The notes beneath the pieces were generated by a model. That model saw nothing but the letters and a program-made list of their open reading frames with translations, searched no databases and was not told where the DNA came from. A DNA stretch of 64,000 nt, taken from the NCBI GenBank assembly GCA_002189035.1, contig NEEC01000014.1:2542001-2606000 (forward strand), in the 5' to 3' direction. Made by a program: the position numbers and the translations under genes. This stretch comes from Utricularia gibba (taxonomy: Eukaryota > Plantae > Magnoliophyta). Shown one piece after another: positions 1 through 13,489 of the stretch (position 1 is its first letter; every line of letters starts with the position of its first letter).

Positions 1-1870
1 ACTGTTCTTGATATCCTCTCCAATGACTCTTCTAAATCTGGTACTAGGATAGTGCTTTCACAAGAGAGGATCTGATAAATGGTAATCTAACTTGTTCAAG
101 TTTTGTAGGAGATGAAAATCTCGTCCCATTATTTATTTACTTTGCCTATGTGCAGAGGGCTGAGTTTGGGTCTACGCATGGGACCTGCTGGTAATAAATT
201 CCAAATTTTATGGTACAATTATGAACAAGTTCTTTTTTTTCATACAAGAAAAGTCCCCCTGCGTCTTCTTCTTCTTGGTTGAAGGTTCCTCCAGGTCTAC
301 ATCTACTTTGAATATTTTGGAGAGAACTCACCCACTCCATCCTTAAGATCCGCAAGATATGAAGCATGACTGCCAAGGGACGCGTTGGTATCGGGTTGGA
401 GCTTTATCTCCGGGGATGTGTCTCCAGGCTTCGCCATAAAAACGGGGGGTGAAGCCAAGGTAGTTGATGTCCGTACATCCTTCCTTTTCGATGGCTACAG
501 AAAAGCGAGGTGCCTTCGGTTGGCAATGCTATGAATGCTGGTGGTTTAGTGTCTAATTTTGTTTTCTCCTCGTCTTTGTTTTGGGAAGCAGTTAATGATG
601 TCGTTATACTTATTTTAGGGGAAGGTAGTTGTTAGTTAGCTGATTGTGATTTTGTCAAATGGATGGAATGGGACGATAACCAGTCCCAGAAAGTAAGGGA
701 AAACGTTTGTTCTAAATAAAATCAAGGAATATAGACTACCCAAGCCGGCCACTTCATTGATATTCATCTTGCTGAGGATGCATAGAAACCATGCACAAAA
801 TAATGAAGCATGGTGGGGGAGCTTGAGGCCTGAGGATGATGTTAATCGAAAGTCCAACAAACAAGCCTTGTGAAGTTTTCAACTTTGTAACTGGCTCGTC
901 TGTAATGGTGCTTAAGTGATTGATAATCAATTTGTGGAAGCTGGGCGCCCCAACGCCAATGAATTTGAATCATGTTTCAGCTGTTCTCCGTTCGTTTTTT
1001 TTTTCAGGGTTCAACCTCTGAAGTATCAGACTGCTGCCATGATTCTGTGTGCAGATATGGTGCAATGGCACCAGCTGGTAGGCAGTTTGTTGGGAACTGC
1101 ATCATGAACACCAATGCCACCCACCTCCACCGCAGCCAAAGCCCCGGGGGATCGGAAGGAGTTGAGCAACTCCGCCTGGAATATCTGCTGAAATACAGTG
1201 GAATCAGTGGCAGCTTGTGATGGCACACTTGGGAATCTGTTACGGAAGGATTGATTCCCTCGTCAAAATGTGTATTAACGCCTGATAGCTTAGTAACATT
1301 GACCTCTATTTACAGCCTGATGATCCAGGGTTTTAGACCCTCTTATGCCTAATTTACGTTAGGAAACAATGGATATTGGCCTACCCAACTTTCCCATATA
1401 GGGTTCATGAAGCTTCGTGATAACTCGATATTTTCAGCAACAACAAGAACTCATATTAGGCATCATACAAAAATTCAGAAAATACCAAGTCATCATCATC
1501 ATCGTGGTTTGGAATTAGGCGATTCAGTTGTTTCTGCTCGAAAAGAGAAGCAAAATCCATAGGTCGTTCTTGGGCCTGATTTGAAGCATCATTGAGAAAC
1601 GAGACGTGTCCCAGCAACTGAGCAGCTACAGTCAACATTTGTGTATTCCAATTAATAGCTACAGCCAACCCAAATCCAAAACCCAAGACAAACTTCCCAT
1701 GTTGTCACACTTGAGCTCACGCAAACATCAACCTTGACGATTTTTTAATGGATGCAAGTGGGGGGTCTGGGAGTTTAGCATTCTGGTTTTGGTTCAACAT
1801 TACTTATACTGTATAATATTCGACAAGCTGACTAAGAATGGGTTCGACTGCGAATGTGATGGTATCTACA

Positions 1871-2077
1871 TTGGAACAGACTAAACCAAGAGGTTTGTAC
1901 TAGGATTCAACCCATTCCATGACACCCCTCTTTCACTTCTGCATAGGAAGAAACTTTTCTTCTTGCAATAACGTCTTGGAACAGACTAAACCAACAGGTT
2001 TGTACTACGATCCAACCCATTCCATGACACCCCTCGTTCATTTGTGCATAGAAAGAAACCTTTCTTCTTGCAATAAC
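1871..2077. repeat. Tandem direct duplication, 2 x 105 bp, diverged
   Basis: TTGGAACAGACTAAACCAA...TTCTTCTTGCAATAAC starts at 1871 and again at 1976 (period 105), with scattered substitutions. Confidence 0.95.
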
Positions 2078-5000
2078 CTCTCTCACCTTTGAATTGGAGG
2101 ATGTCAAGTCTATTTTGCATCTTGTAAAGGTTGATTAACCAGACAACGGTATTATATTATAATACCTTGCTCTGGTCGAAAGCGCTCAGCCCGGAGACGT
2201 TACTGAGATGGAAGGCCAGCAGACGAAATTGAATGAATGAGAGCACATGTTGGGATGGATAGGATTGTGGTGTGGGGTTATGTCTATTCGCATTTATTGT
2301 GGATGAAAGTGTGAACTTTGGCGTCTTCCCCTCGAGTTATTTCGAAATTCAAGGAGTGAAGTTGATTGATATCTAACTTGGAAACCAACAACAAAAGATG
2401 CTCGGAATCAGGTCTCTTTCATTCCAGGATTCAACCCCAACACCCGACGATGGGCGATGGGGAGTATTTTTCGTGTCCATCATATTGATTTACAGCAGCA
2501 GCTTTTTGCAGTAAATTCTGTTTTCTGAAAACACGACACCCATAAGTTCTACTGGTTCAACCAAACAATAACTCAGCGAAACTTGGATCAATCCTGCTGT
2601 TCATTACTGTTTTACATTCAATCCGAACTTCTACTTTCCATGGTCACGATGCATATGAATCAAATGATGCTCAGCAAACTCCCGAATCATGAAAACCAAT
2701 TCGCAGGATTGCAGAAGGAGGCGTGGCTGCAATCTACTACCTACTTCACATAATCATTGTCTCTCAGGCCCAGGGTCGTTTGTTGCAACCAAAGATGCGT
2801 ATTCGGTGAAGATGCACGCATGCATAATGTAAATAATGCCCAAAAATTATATATTATTAAAACTGCATGTCCTGGTGAACTGTCACTGCAGTAAATTTTT
2901 AAAGATAGAAGTTATCGGGGTTTGAATCGGTTATCCATACAATAATACTTGTAAACCGATTTAATTATTACCCGACAAAACCGTCTAATCGGTTTTCTTG
3001 TTTGATTTTGTCGCATGATTGATGGGTTAACCGATTGGTCGGTTAATGAATACCAGATCAGAAAACCCAGAAACCCGAATGGGGTTCAGAGTCCTGAAAG
3101 GCGGCATATGCTTGAGCTCGTTCGTACGCTCTTTACATAATCCTTTATTCTTACAAAAACCTTGATCGAACATTATTGTTCTGAGTTGAGCAGGCGGGAA
3201 CACATGTTATTGATCATTCATCTAATCAGGTGACATAAGAGAGGAGTGAGAGTGACAATGCGGCTGCTTATTATAGACATAAGCAGTGTTGTCAAATTCA
3301 GGAAACAAAGCAACCCCAGGACGAGCCGTGTACTCACCAGTTAGATCGGTTTTGACCAATCCGCACAGCCTCGTGGGGTTGTCGACCCGGACGTTCGATA
3401 AAAGCGATCCTATCGAGTCCTCTCCATCTCCCAGAATGCGACATTGCAGACATGCTTAGCACCTAATGCCTACTTCGTCTTCTCCCCATCAACGCTGCGT
3501 TTCTTTGCACACTGCACGCTGAACGGGCTTCTGCGTCGGAGCAGGGGTTACTTCCATCACCATGGTTTTATCTTTTCAATAACAAGATCATGAAACCATC
3601 AGGAGAATCTCAATTCCAGGGTTAAATAAAGCGGGATGGTGTGAAAATCTCCTTCCACAGAGTTCTCAATGACTGCAAGTTTTCAACAGTAAACACACAA
3701 ATGAATATCATTTTCATTCCCTTTCTGGATGAAATTGGGATGTAGACAACAAAGTGGATCGGTTTGTCCATTTCCTCGCAGGCTCCATGTGCAGAAGAGT
3801 TGAAGGGCGTGCATTATGTATGAGTAGGGTTTTCAAGCACCATGACTTCTCCATCTCTTTTGTCAAAGAAATGTGGTTGCTGCTTGACCCTGCGCGATTT
3901 CCTAATCTCATGCCACGAGTCAAACAATAATGCGCATTACTTTTATTACATCTCACAAATGATAACCCTGTCGTTGAAAAAATTGCAATGCCCCGACATC
4001 TCTTACTGCTTCAAAAATATTTTAATGGGTAGTTTCATTTTTTACAGAAAAAAATATAGACATTACAGAAATTATATCACGTTGTTTTTTCTATTATATT
4101 ATTGGGTGTGAGTTTCTGTGTGTGGCCGACTCATAAATTCTCTCCTAGGTCAAATATTATTAAATTTCCAATGTATTAAAAAAGCTAGAAAATCGGTTCA
4201 TTCATTATTTATTGCTTATAGGGTTGGCCAACCCTACCCTATCACCTTTTTTTTTAAAAAAAATAATTCATTCATATGGTAGTTAACTTCTTGCCAATAG
4301 TGATTTATTGCCAATGCCATTGGCCACAGTTGAAGAACAAAAAATCAGCTTCCATAAAATAGAGATGATTCGAACGGTATAAGCTCGGAATTGGGGTTCA
4401 TTTTTGTCTCATCATCAATTGGATGTGATATGTTGGAAAATGGGTTTTAATCCAAAATCAATTTTTGCAATCTTGTCATAATCGCTTCAAGAACAACAAG
4501 GGTTTTGTGATATTGAGAAGCTACGGTAAGAAAAGAAATGGTGCTAGTTGTTAGAAAGAGGGAAGAGCTCCACTTACGTGTGGGTCTGAAAAGGAGTGTT
4601 AGACAACTGAAACCATGAGGTTTGGTTTGCGTTTGCTTTGTTTTTATCATGAACAGGAGTTTGATAGCTTGTTTCTACTTACACTTGCAACAAGTTTGCG
4701 CAGCAAAAATGTGTTGAATCATCATCCCCTTATTGTGTGAAGTTAAGGAGATTAAATTTCAACTACCCCCAACAACGAATCTCGCAACATGCCTGCTGAG
4801 AAGCTCGTCTGCAGAAGAAGAGAATTTATTACCCTCTCCAGCCAGCCAGCCAGCCAGAGCTTAAGCTGATCCTGCTGCTGCCGCTGCCATTACTCTCCCC
4901 ATGAAGCTTTACCGAGCAGAGTTAACCTCCACCCCCAATTCAATCAATCCCGCTCGCTTGCTTTCCTAGGAAAAAAAAGATTTCCTAATCTTTTGGATAA

Positions 5001-6486
5001 CTCTTACGTGGATTGCTTGTAAGTGTTAAAAAGTTATTTTTTTATGTAATAATAATGAGTATTTGGATTATTATTTTTGCTTGTTCTCTGCTCCAAAACG
5101 TTGCATTCCTATTTCTTGGAATTAAAGTTTCATCACACCTCTTTACTCACATCGAAAACTGGGTTGTGGTCATGTTTGGAAATGGATTCGGTGCCAATAG
5201 GCGACTGTGTGTTTATACCTGAAAATAACCATGGAGCTACTTGAGACAACTAAGCACTGGTAATCCGCATTCATGGTTGAAAACGATGATGAGAGTAACG
5301 TCCGTTCTTAGTGGCTCCTCAGTCCTCCCCACGTCGTCCCCGGGCTCTATGCGCATCCCCCTCCTCTCATTTATGAGGCTACATGGATCCCAGTAGGGCT
5401 GCCATTAAAGACTTGATGATTAGCTGGTTAAAAATTCGTGCTTCCCTTGAACAATAGAGTGACTTTCTTTCTCCCACCCCAGATCTGGTTAACATTTTCT
5501 TCCTTGTGTTTCCGGGATGAGGAGGTTTCCTGCTCTCCCTCCCACCTTGTAATAACACACCAGCGAGCGCTATTTCCTAAAGCATCCAACAAAAGGTACG
5601 CGTCATTAATACAGCAAGGGATTTCCGCAGTGCCCTGGCAGTGCATTGCAGAGCAGTGCTCCACATGGCCATGTCCAACTCTGTAATAACCAAGACACCT
5701 TTGGTCCAATGGATACCAAGTTTAACCGGCTATAAAGTCACTAATGGACCACACCATGTTCATATAAGTCACTAATGTGCACTAGATAGATACCTACAAG
5801 GATTTAAACAAGATTATTACCTGATGTAGGAGGGGTAGAGTTAAGCCCATCTTAACTTTGAAGTTGAAATGTGGTTGCTCTGAGTAGGGGCTGGTCATTA
5901 CGGTAAGTTGGGGTTAAAATCTTAAAACAGAGAGGTGTTGTTCTTTTATGCAGTAGTGAAAAAAGAAAGAGATGAAAGGAGGATGAATGGGGACATGCAT
6001 TCGATCTGACCCACATTCCCACCTTAAACCACAACCCAACGTACTTGTCATTATTAAATATTTGCACATTGCCCTCTATTACAACTCAACATTTCCACAT
6101 TTTATTGCAGCTCAAATGAATCGCTGCAGTTGGGAGCACCCACCCGCTTTAGCTTTCAAGGCCCTCTTCTTTTGAAAGAAAGAAAGATAGAAAAAAGAAA
6201 ACAAAGGTAAGATCTTTCCCAACAGACAATCCTCTGCGTTCCCTGCATTGTGTGTCAGTAAACGCCACCACTGGCTGCTGCTGCTGCTGCTCCTGCTTTG
6301 CATTAACAATATCGCATCTGTGCATGCGTATGCACAAAACATGGCGCTCTGAATTCCTGAAATCACCCCAGCCTTTGTTTCGATGTGTTCTTTGGAGATA
6401 TAACCAAACTCGCTCCTTTTGGAAAAGGAGGGACCAAGACAAGGATTGCTCTGTTTTTTTCTTTCTTTCTTTCTCTGAACCTCAAA

Positions 6487-9461
6487 ATGTCGGCGAAGGC
6501 AATGGCCTCTCCACTGTATGATGAGGATGATGATGATGAACAACGTATAGATCTGAAGAAGCAGATTGGGTGCATGAATGGCATATTTCAAATCTTCGAT
6601 CGGCAGCATTTTGCTCGGGGACTAACGAGGAACCACAGCCGGAGGACGACGGCGGGTGAGTAGCCTTGACTAAGAATAAGGGAATTCTTCCTTGTCCATA
6701 TCTATCACCAGCCTCATTGCACTTCTTCTTGCAGGCGCACAACATCTACCGGAGCCGCAGGCTGCAGGCCAACAAGAAAAGGTGAGAAAAAAATGTCTGT
6801 GTTCATGAGTATTGGAAGAGGAAGCTGAAGACTTCAACTTTTTCAGGAAAAATGTGTTGAACTTCCAAAGGAGAAGCCGAGGATCTCAACAGAGTCATCA
6901 CGAGCTTCTTACTCGTCGTCTTCATGTTCATCCCCGTTCTCATCTCTAGACAGCAGCAGAGTTCAAAAAACAGGGATCCATGAATTTCGCAATGTCATCA
7001 AGGACTCCATGTACCGTGAACCACATGCCTTGAAAATGAAGTCCAGTGCTGCTGGTCAAGAAAGAAAAGGCATTCGGCATGTAGACTCGCCTAAACTACA
7101 GCAGCATCTGAAATCAATGGTGGCAAGAGCTTCAGGTTCCAAGGGGCCGATTCGAGAGCCATTCTCAAGCCCCCGATTCTCTTACGACGGAAGAGAGTTA
7201 CAGGATAACTCAGTTGAGATTAAGGGGCTTCCCAGATTATCACTGGACAGCAAAACCACCTCTGTTGGACGATCTCAACTTGCTTCGCGACTAAATCTTT
7301 TACATACAGAAAATGAACAAGAGCTGGAATGTGGAAGCCAGTACAGAACATCAAGCATTGTAGCAAAGCTAATGGGATTGGAGGGGTATGAAAGTGCAAG
7401 TCCAAAGGCGAGGATGTGCCAGAGAGAAGATTCTAGCTCGCAGAGATACTCTGCAGCTGAGGATAAAAAGAGAAATCTTCAAGTGAAATCTCCTCGGACT
7501 GGCAACAATGCAGCGTCACCGAGGTTGAAAAATCTGAATTCTGTCGTGAAACCAAGCAGCTCTTCAAGGATTCAGATGGCGTTGAGCCAACAAGATTCAG
7601 TAATGGCTTCATCACATACTAAAGATGCTGCTGCTCAACAAGTATCGACTTCACTATACGGTGAAATAGAGAAGAGGATCAATGAACTGGAATCCCTGAG
7701 ATTAGGGAAGGATCTCAGAGCTTTTAAACAGCTTCTCGAAGGAATGCAGAAGACAAAAGTTATGTCCTGGGAACTCAAGGGTAGACAGAATTCGGAGTTT
7801 GATCATGATTCTAGATCATTACTGGTCACGAAACCGGTAGATTGGATGCCAAAAGACAAGCATTCGGGTGTAAACTGCGTCCGAAAATTCCAAGTATCTT
7901 ATCCAGAAGGACCCCAAAGTCGGAGTCCCAGATACCGCCACATGGGACCCTCAGTTCAGAAGCAAAAAAAAATGCTGCAAAAGAACAATGATCTAAGGGT
8001 GTTTGATGCCCTTGATCGCCACTCTTCAAAAACCACTGAAAGAACAACTTTGCGAGCATTCAGATGTGATACAGCGGCAGCAGGCATCCCATTAAAAACC
8101 TGTGATACGAAATCTTTAGCTAAGATTCAGAGCTCAAGAAAAGCTTTATTGAAGAGCACCAAATCGAAAAATGGGATGCCATCGCAAGAGTTGTGCCTAT
8201 TCAGAAAGCATCAACTCAGAGAATTCAGCCACGTTAAAGCAAATGATCATCAGCTGTGCAGTAAAGAGTTCAGCAACCTCAGCAGTCGAACGGAACTCCG
8301 GGTTTATGATAGAAACAAGATCCTCAGCAGGTTGGAAGTCATGCACATAACACAATCAGTGAGCACAACTGCAGGACAAAAAGAGGTAGGCCGCATTTCA
8401 CTTCTTGCTTCATTTTGGTATATTATCCAATAACAATTTCTTTTCTGGTGTCACAGAACATCGTATCAAAAAGAGCACAACACTTACCAGCAGCTGAAAA
8501 TCCATTAGTCACTCCAGAACAACTAAATCCGATCTCAGTTATCGATGATTCATTCTCTAGAAAAGATTCACCATCTCCAATGAAGTTGCAGAGCCCCTTC
8601 CAAGGTATTGGTATATTTCTGTGATTCTTTATGTATACGGATGCATAATCCACAACATGAAATTTGACCCTTTTGTTTTTCCCACTCTAATGTACTTCCC
8701 ATTATTGAACTACAGATATTGGTATCTCCGATACCATGAACACGAGAATTCAGCTAACGAAAACCTTTTTGTTTGAAGCAAATTGGATATCGGACAAGAG
8801 GCCAATTCCTGATGAACTGGAATTGAATACCAAGAATTTGAATCAAGGAAAATTCTCAATGGAACCTGATGAAGATGCCTTGGAGCGCAACAAATCAGCT
8901 CATGGGGATCTCAGTGCAGATCACGCATATATAAAGAAGATCTTAAACGCCTCAGGGATTGCCGAGGACTTTATCTCCGTCCCAGTACCTGCTCAGATTC
9001 ATTCATCTGGACATCTGATCAATCCAGAAATTTTCCATGTTCTTGAACAAATAGAGGAACAGAAAAACAAAGAAGATGATGCATGGGTGAAGAAAAGGAA
9101 CAAACTACATAGAAAGATGATGTTTGATATTGTAGATGAAATACTTGTACGCAAGATGACTTCAGGCACATTGGATTCATTTGGAAAGAAAGCAGCAGAT
9201 CCAGATTGTCTGCTGAAAGAAATATACTCAGAGGTCAACTACGTATGCCGAATGCATAGTTCAGGTTCAGGGGATAGAGAAGAACAAATGATCAAACTCT
9301 CGAAAGGAGATATTATGCATGAATCAAAAGGATGGGAAGAACTCGGAGGAATATGTTCGGCTCTGGTTCTGGATATTGAACGACTTATATTCAAAGACCT
9401 GATCAATGAGGTAATCAAAGGTGAGACTATGGATCCTGAAAAAGAAGCAAATGATTTATAG
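6487..9461 (+). CDS. LNG: LONGIFOLIA / TON1-recruiting motif (TRM) protein, 5 exons
   Basis: N-terminus MSAK...LKKQIGCMNGIFQIFDRQH, central SIVAKLMGLE (VARLMGL-type motif), NPISVID motif, and C-terminal DUF4378-like HRKMMFDIVDEIL...LVLDIERLIFKDLINEV. Exons 6487-6655, 6735-6781, 6847-8385, 8457-8604 and 8716-9461 join in frame across GT-AG introns. Confidence 0.9.
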
Positions 9462-10360
9462 CACATGAATGTGAAGATAACTTTAATGTCCAAACATCTT
9501 CCTTTATATATCAGCTTCTTTGCACTTTAGGAATATGAAGTGGACGAGTAATATTCGCAGAGTAATGAACGGAGTCCTGTCAGCTTCCAATGAGCTTTCA
9601 TGTATCAACTAAGGGCCAATAACATCTAATTCAATGATTCGAAGTATGCAAATCCAAAGATAGACCTCGCCATCAATACATACTTTCACATAAAATAAAA
9701 GATAGACTACCGAAGAAAAAAGAATGTCAAATGATGTTTGCATGTAACACCAAGGGAGGTATGCCATGCAAGAAATTCTGAATGCTAAACACCCAAACAA
9801 CATCTGGGTGAATGAACTATATATGAAAGTTCAATCCAACTACTTTCACCCAAGCAGCTTTTTGATGCTCAAGCTTGAAAGGTTCACCTGCACAAGAACA
9901 ATGACTATCAGCCAGACTGAAGTTAAAGTTTGTGGCTGCAAGTGAATTAAGTAGGAATTCAACTAAATACTAAAAAAACAGAAAATGATAAATATTCACG
10001 AGCCTCTTGAAAGCATTTGTCCATATTATAGTAAATATTTGAAATACAGCGAGGATCCTCACCAGTGTATGACTTATCCCTAGAGAGAGACATCAACACA
10101 AGAGAACAAATGAGCTTAAATGCAATACCCAAAAAGAGAATTTTCCCCCTTCTTCCAAAGCATAAAACAAATGAGTCGGTGACCTCTTTCGAGCTCTTGA
10201 TAATCCATGAGGTTATTTTTACCAGATTCACAATTATTACCACAAGGGATTCCATAGTCCGCGAATAGCGGCATTCTATGGTAATATGCATTAACTTCTT
10301 CACGCACAGAAAACCTATAACACAAAGACAGACTGAGAAAAGCACACAAACAGAAGAGCA

Positions 10361-11185
10361 ATGGAGCAGAAGATGGTAGCAAACAAGTCCAGAACACCAG
10401 AGCAGGACGCAGACCCTTTACGGTGCCCTCGATGCGGATCTCCAGATACGAAATTTCGCTACTTCAACAATCATAACTTTGCTCAACCCCGCCACTATTG
10501 CAGGACTTGCAAAAGGCAATGGACTGTAGGTGGAAACTTGAGGAATATTCCTGTTGGAGGCAAAATGGGGAATGGAAGGCCATCAAGAGCTTCATCCACT
10601 TCAAGATGCAACTACAGATCTCGACGACTGACGAGAGAGGAACAGCCACAAAATCCGAATCATGATGCATCACCAGTGGTAACAATGCTTTCTCAAAATC
10701 TCAACGCAACCAAACTCCAACCAAGTCTAAGTCTGCCAGCAGTTGGATCTGGAATACTTTCATACACTTTGAAAGAAGAGATATCTTTCCTAGATGCCAT
10801 ACAATCTTTGATCGAGCCCGAGATAAATCGGCAATGCATATCCAAATATGGAGATGATAGCAGCAACGCAGTAGTTCAACGAGAACGGAGTATAAGATCA
10901 ATGCAGCTACAGCAACAGGGCTTAACACAACAAATTCCTTGGCAGATTCAGTACCACCCAACTCAGGATCCAGGAAATAATGTACAGGCTTCTTATTCAT
11001 TTGAAAACACTCTGCTTCAACTCTCATGGCCTTCGCCTCAAAGCACAATGGAAAAAATGAGTTTCTCCTCATCAAACTCTGTCCTATGGAACAATATTGC
11101 AAGCAGGACATCTGGCGAGGATATGAACACACCAGCCATCAATGTTGATGAATGGCTAAATCTTCCATTTGATGGACCATATTAG
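10361..11185 (+). CDS. Dof zinc-finger transcription factor (divergent domain)
   Basis: 274-aa ORF containing C-x2-C-x21-C-x2-C: CPRCGSPDTKFRYFNNHNFAQPRHYCRTCKRQWTVGGNLRNIPVGG. Confidence 0.92.
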   Translation: MEQKMVANKSRTPEQDADPLRCPRCGSPDTKFRYFNNHNFAQPRHYCRTCKRQWTVGGNLRNIPVGGKMGNGRPSRASSTSRCNYRSRRLTREEQPQNPNHDASPVVTMLSQNLNATKLQPSLSLPAVGSGILSYTLKEEISFLDAIQSLIEPEINRQCISKYGDDSSNAVVQRERSIRSMQLQQQGLTQQIPWQIQYHPTQDPGNNVQASYSFENTLLQLSWPSPQSTMEKMSFSSSNSVLWNNIASRTSGEDMNTPAINVDEWLNLPFDGPY

Positions 11186-11846
11186 GTTATGAATAAATCT
11201 CAAAAAATTAAAAGTGCTACGTAGGAAAGCAAGCCATTTTTGGAGCCCCTTTACCTCTTTCTACGATTAATTCTTTTTAGCAATTTTCTTCTCATTTTGA
11301 TCATGAAATTTGTGGTAGATGATATCTTAGTGAGTGTCATTGGAAACAATATCGCAAACTCAAATGTACCACAGAAGCACCGGTGATTTAACGAGCACCA
11401 GAGTGATTCAAAGCATTCCATTTACAAAAAGAAAAAAGCGGAATTCCAATTACTTTTCTGTAAACAGAGACATTACAAAAAGTGCAGCAAATCTTCAACA
11501 ATAAAACATAACCGGGAGGAAAGTGAAGAAAAATCATGCCGCATTCCTTATCGAATCCGCAGCAGTAAAAATGAAGTGGTTTACCGTCCACGAAGAAGAT
11601 TCCGCTTTATGATTCTAAAATCAAGGATTGAAGTTCGTAAGAAAAGAAACGAAGATCCCAAAAAATGAAATCAGCAGGCGACCAGTGCCGGGGTTCTCTT
11701 TAGAATTGAGCAACCCGTTTTACCTCAGTTAACTACCGGAACCCAAACTTTGAAAAAGGAAGGACAGAAATGTAATTCACACTGCATATGTAGCTTCCAC
11801 GGATAAGGCTCCGCTGTTGCCGCCCATTGCCATTGCAATCTTCACA

Positions 11847-13489
11847 ATGGCTTCTTCCAGCCTTCTTTCTCAGGTGGAACTCATGTTTATGTCGATTGAT
11901 TCAACGAAAGCTTCTCACCTGCTTTAATTTGCAGTGTTTTTTTTTCCTTGAATGATTGGTATTTCTTAATTTGGGCAGAAGTTATTCATGGTTGCTTCTC
12001 AATGTCCGCCGAGAAACCTGGCGTTTTCTGCTGCGGTGTCACAGAAGGTCTCCACTAGAGCACTGTTTTCAGGGGTTTCATCACGTAGCTATGTAGTTGC
12101 CGTACCAGAAAGGGCGAAAAGCTGCTCTCTTGTAATGAGGGCAGAAGTGAAGACCGATAATGAGGTAGAAATTGTGGAAGGACCCACTGAAAATGTTGGT
12201 CTCTTGGAAGCTGATGAAGGTTCTGAAAGCATCTCAGAGCAGAAGCCTCCTCGCCAGCCTAGGATCCGACTTGGAGACATTATGGGGGTAATTATATTGC
12301 TTGACATTTGTTTTATGCTTCGTACCGAAGAAATCTTGGGATTTTTCTGGGGTTTGGAGTAGCATCCATAGCGTTGGTTTTTGAGATATTGCAATGTAAG
12401 TGTGAGATGTTGAGTGTGAGACTTGAGAAAATAGAAGGGAGATAATGGTGTATTCTTCGCTTGTATATCTACAGCAATGATCTTAGCTCGTCTTTGAAGT
12501 TTATCCTTGCTATATTTTAGAATTTTCAGATGAGTGTTATGTGATTGTGTTTTCTTGAGCTGTTTTGGCGTGGGATTATGAAATGTGATTTGTGTCAGGG
12601 ATGTTATCCTTGGAATCACACTATGTTGGCAACTAGAGTAACTTCGGCATTTGTAAAATTTGTAGTTGCTTCGGGGCTCTTACTCGCTTCATATGACACC
12701 TTAAATGAAACAAATACATTATGATTCCATTGTTGGTTTTTTAGTTGGCTCTGTGCATCTAGTTTATAGACTGTTTGTGGTTGTTTGCAAATCTTTTCCC
12801 TGAGTACTTGTCAATAGTTAACATTTTTCTTTTTATGAATTCTGCACTCTCTTTCATGCCTCTAATGTTTTTTCATTCTCCTTGAATGTATAGATATTAA
12901 ACAAAAGAGCAGTGGAAGCATCATCTGCCCAACGGCCAATTCCTGAACTTAAAACTGGTGATATTGTTGAAATCAAACTGGTAAAAATTTTGACAGCCCC
13001 AGAATCTAGTTTCTGAGTTTCCCTTCAGTGCCTGCCTGCATGAAGATGTCTGCAGTACTTGAATAGAAGAGCTTTGCTTGCTTAACAGGAAGTTCCGGAG
13101 AACAGAAAAAGGCTATCTGTGTATAAAGGCATAATTATATCAAGGCAAAATGCTGGCATCCACACAACAATACGGGTTCGAAGAATTATTGCTGGTGTTG
13201 GAGTTGAAATTGTTTTCCCAATGTAAGTTTCAACACATAAGCTTTTTAGGTCTTTTTCAGTCTATTTGGAAGCTGATCGCTTCTGCTCTTACTTTATAAC
13301 TGCGTTACTTTCTGATGCCTCCCTGATCCGTTTATGAAGTCCTGTCATCTTACCCCATTATTGTCTCTTTCTTCAAACAGATACTCCCCAAACATCAGAG
13401 AGATAAGAGTTGTCAGCCACCGGAAAGTCCGTCGAGCAAGGCTGTATTATTTGAGGGACAAGCTCCCCAGGCTATCTACATTCAAGTGA
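11847..13489 (+). CDS. RPL19: Plastid 50S ribosomal protein L19 with transit peptide, 5 exons
   Basis: Ser-rich MASSSLLSQ start, then [73 protein letters not shown] and [35 protein letters not shown]. Confidence 0.95.

Noticed and set aside
5625-5660. Partial resemblance to miR408 (ATGCACTGCC on the minus strand)
   Set aside because: Only about 10 nt match, with no complementary arm or precursor hairpin.
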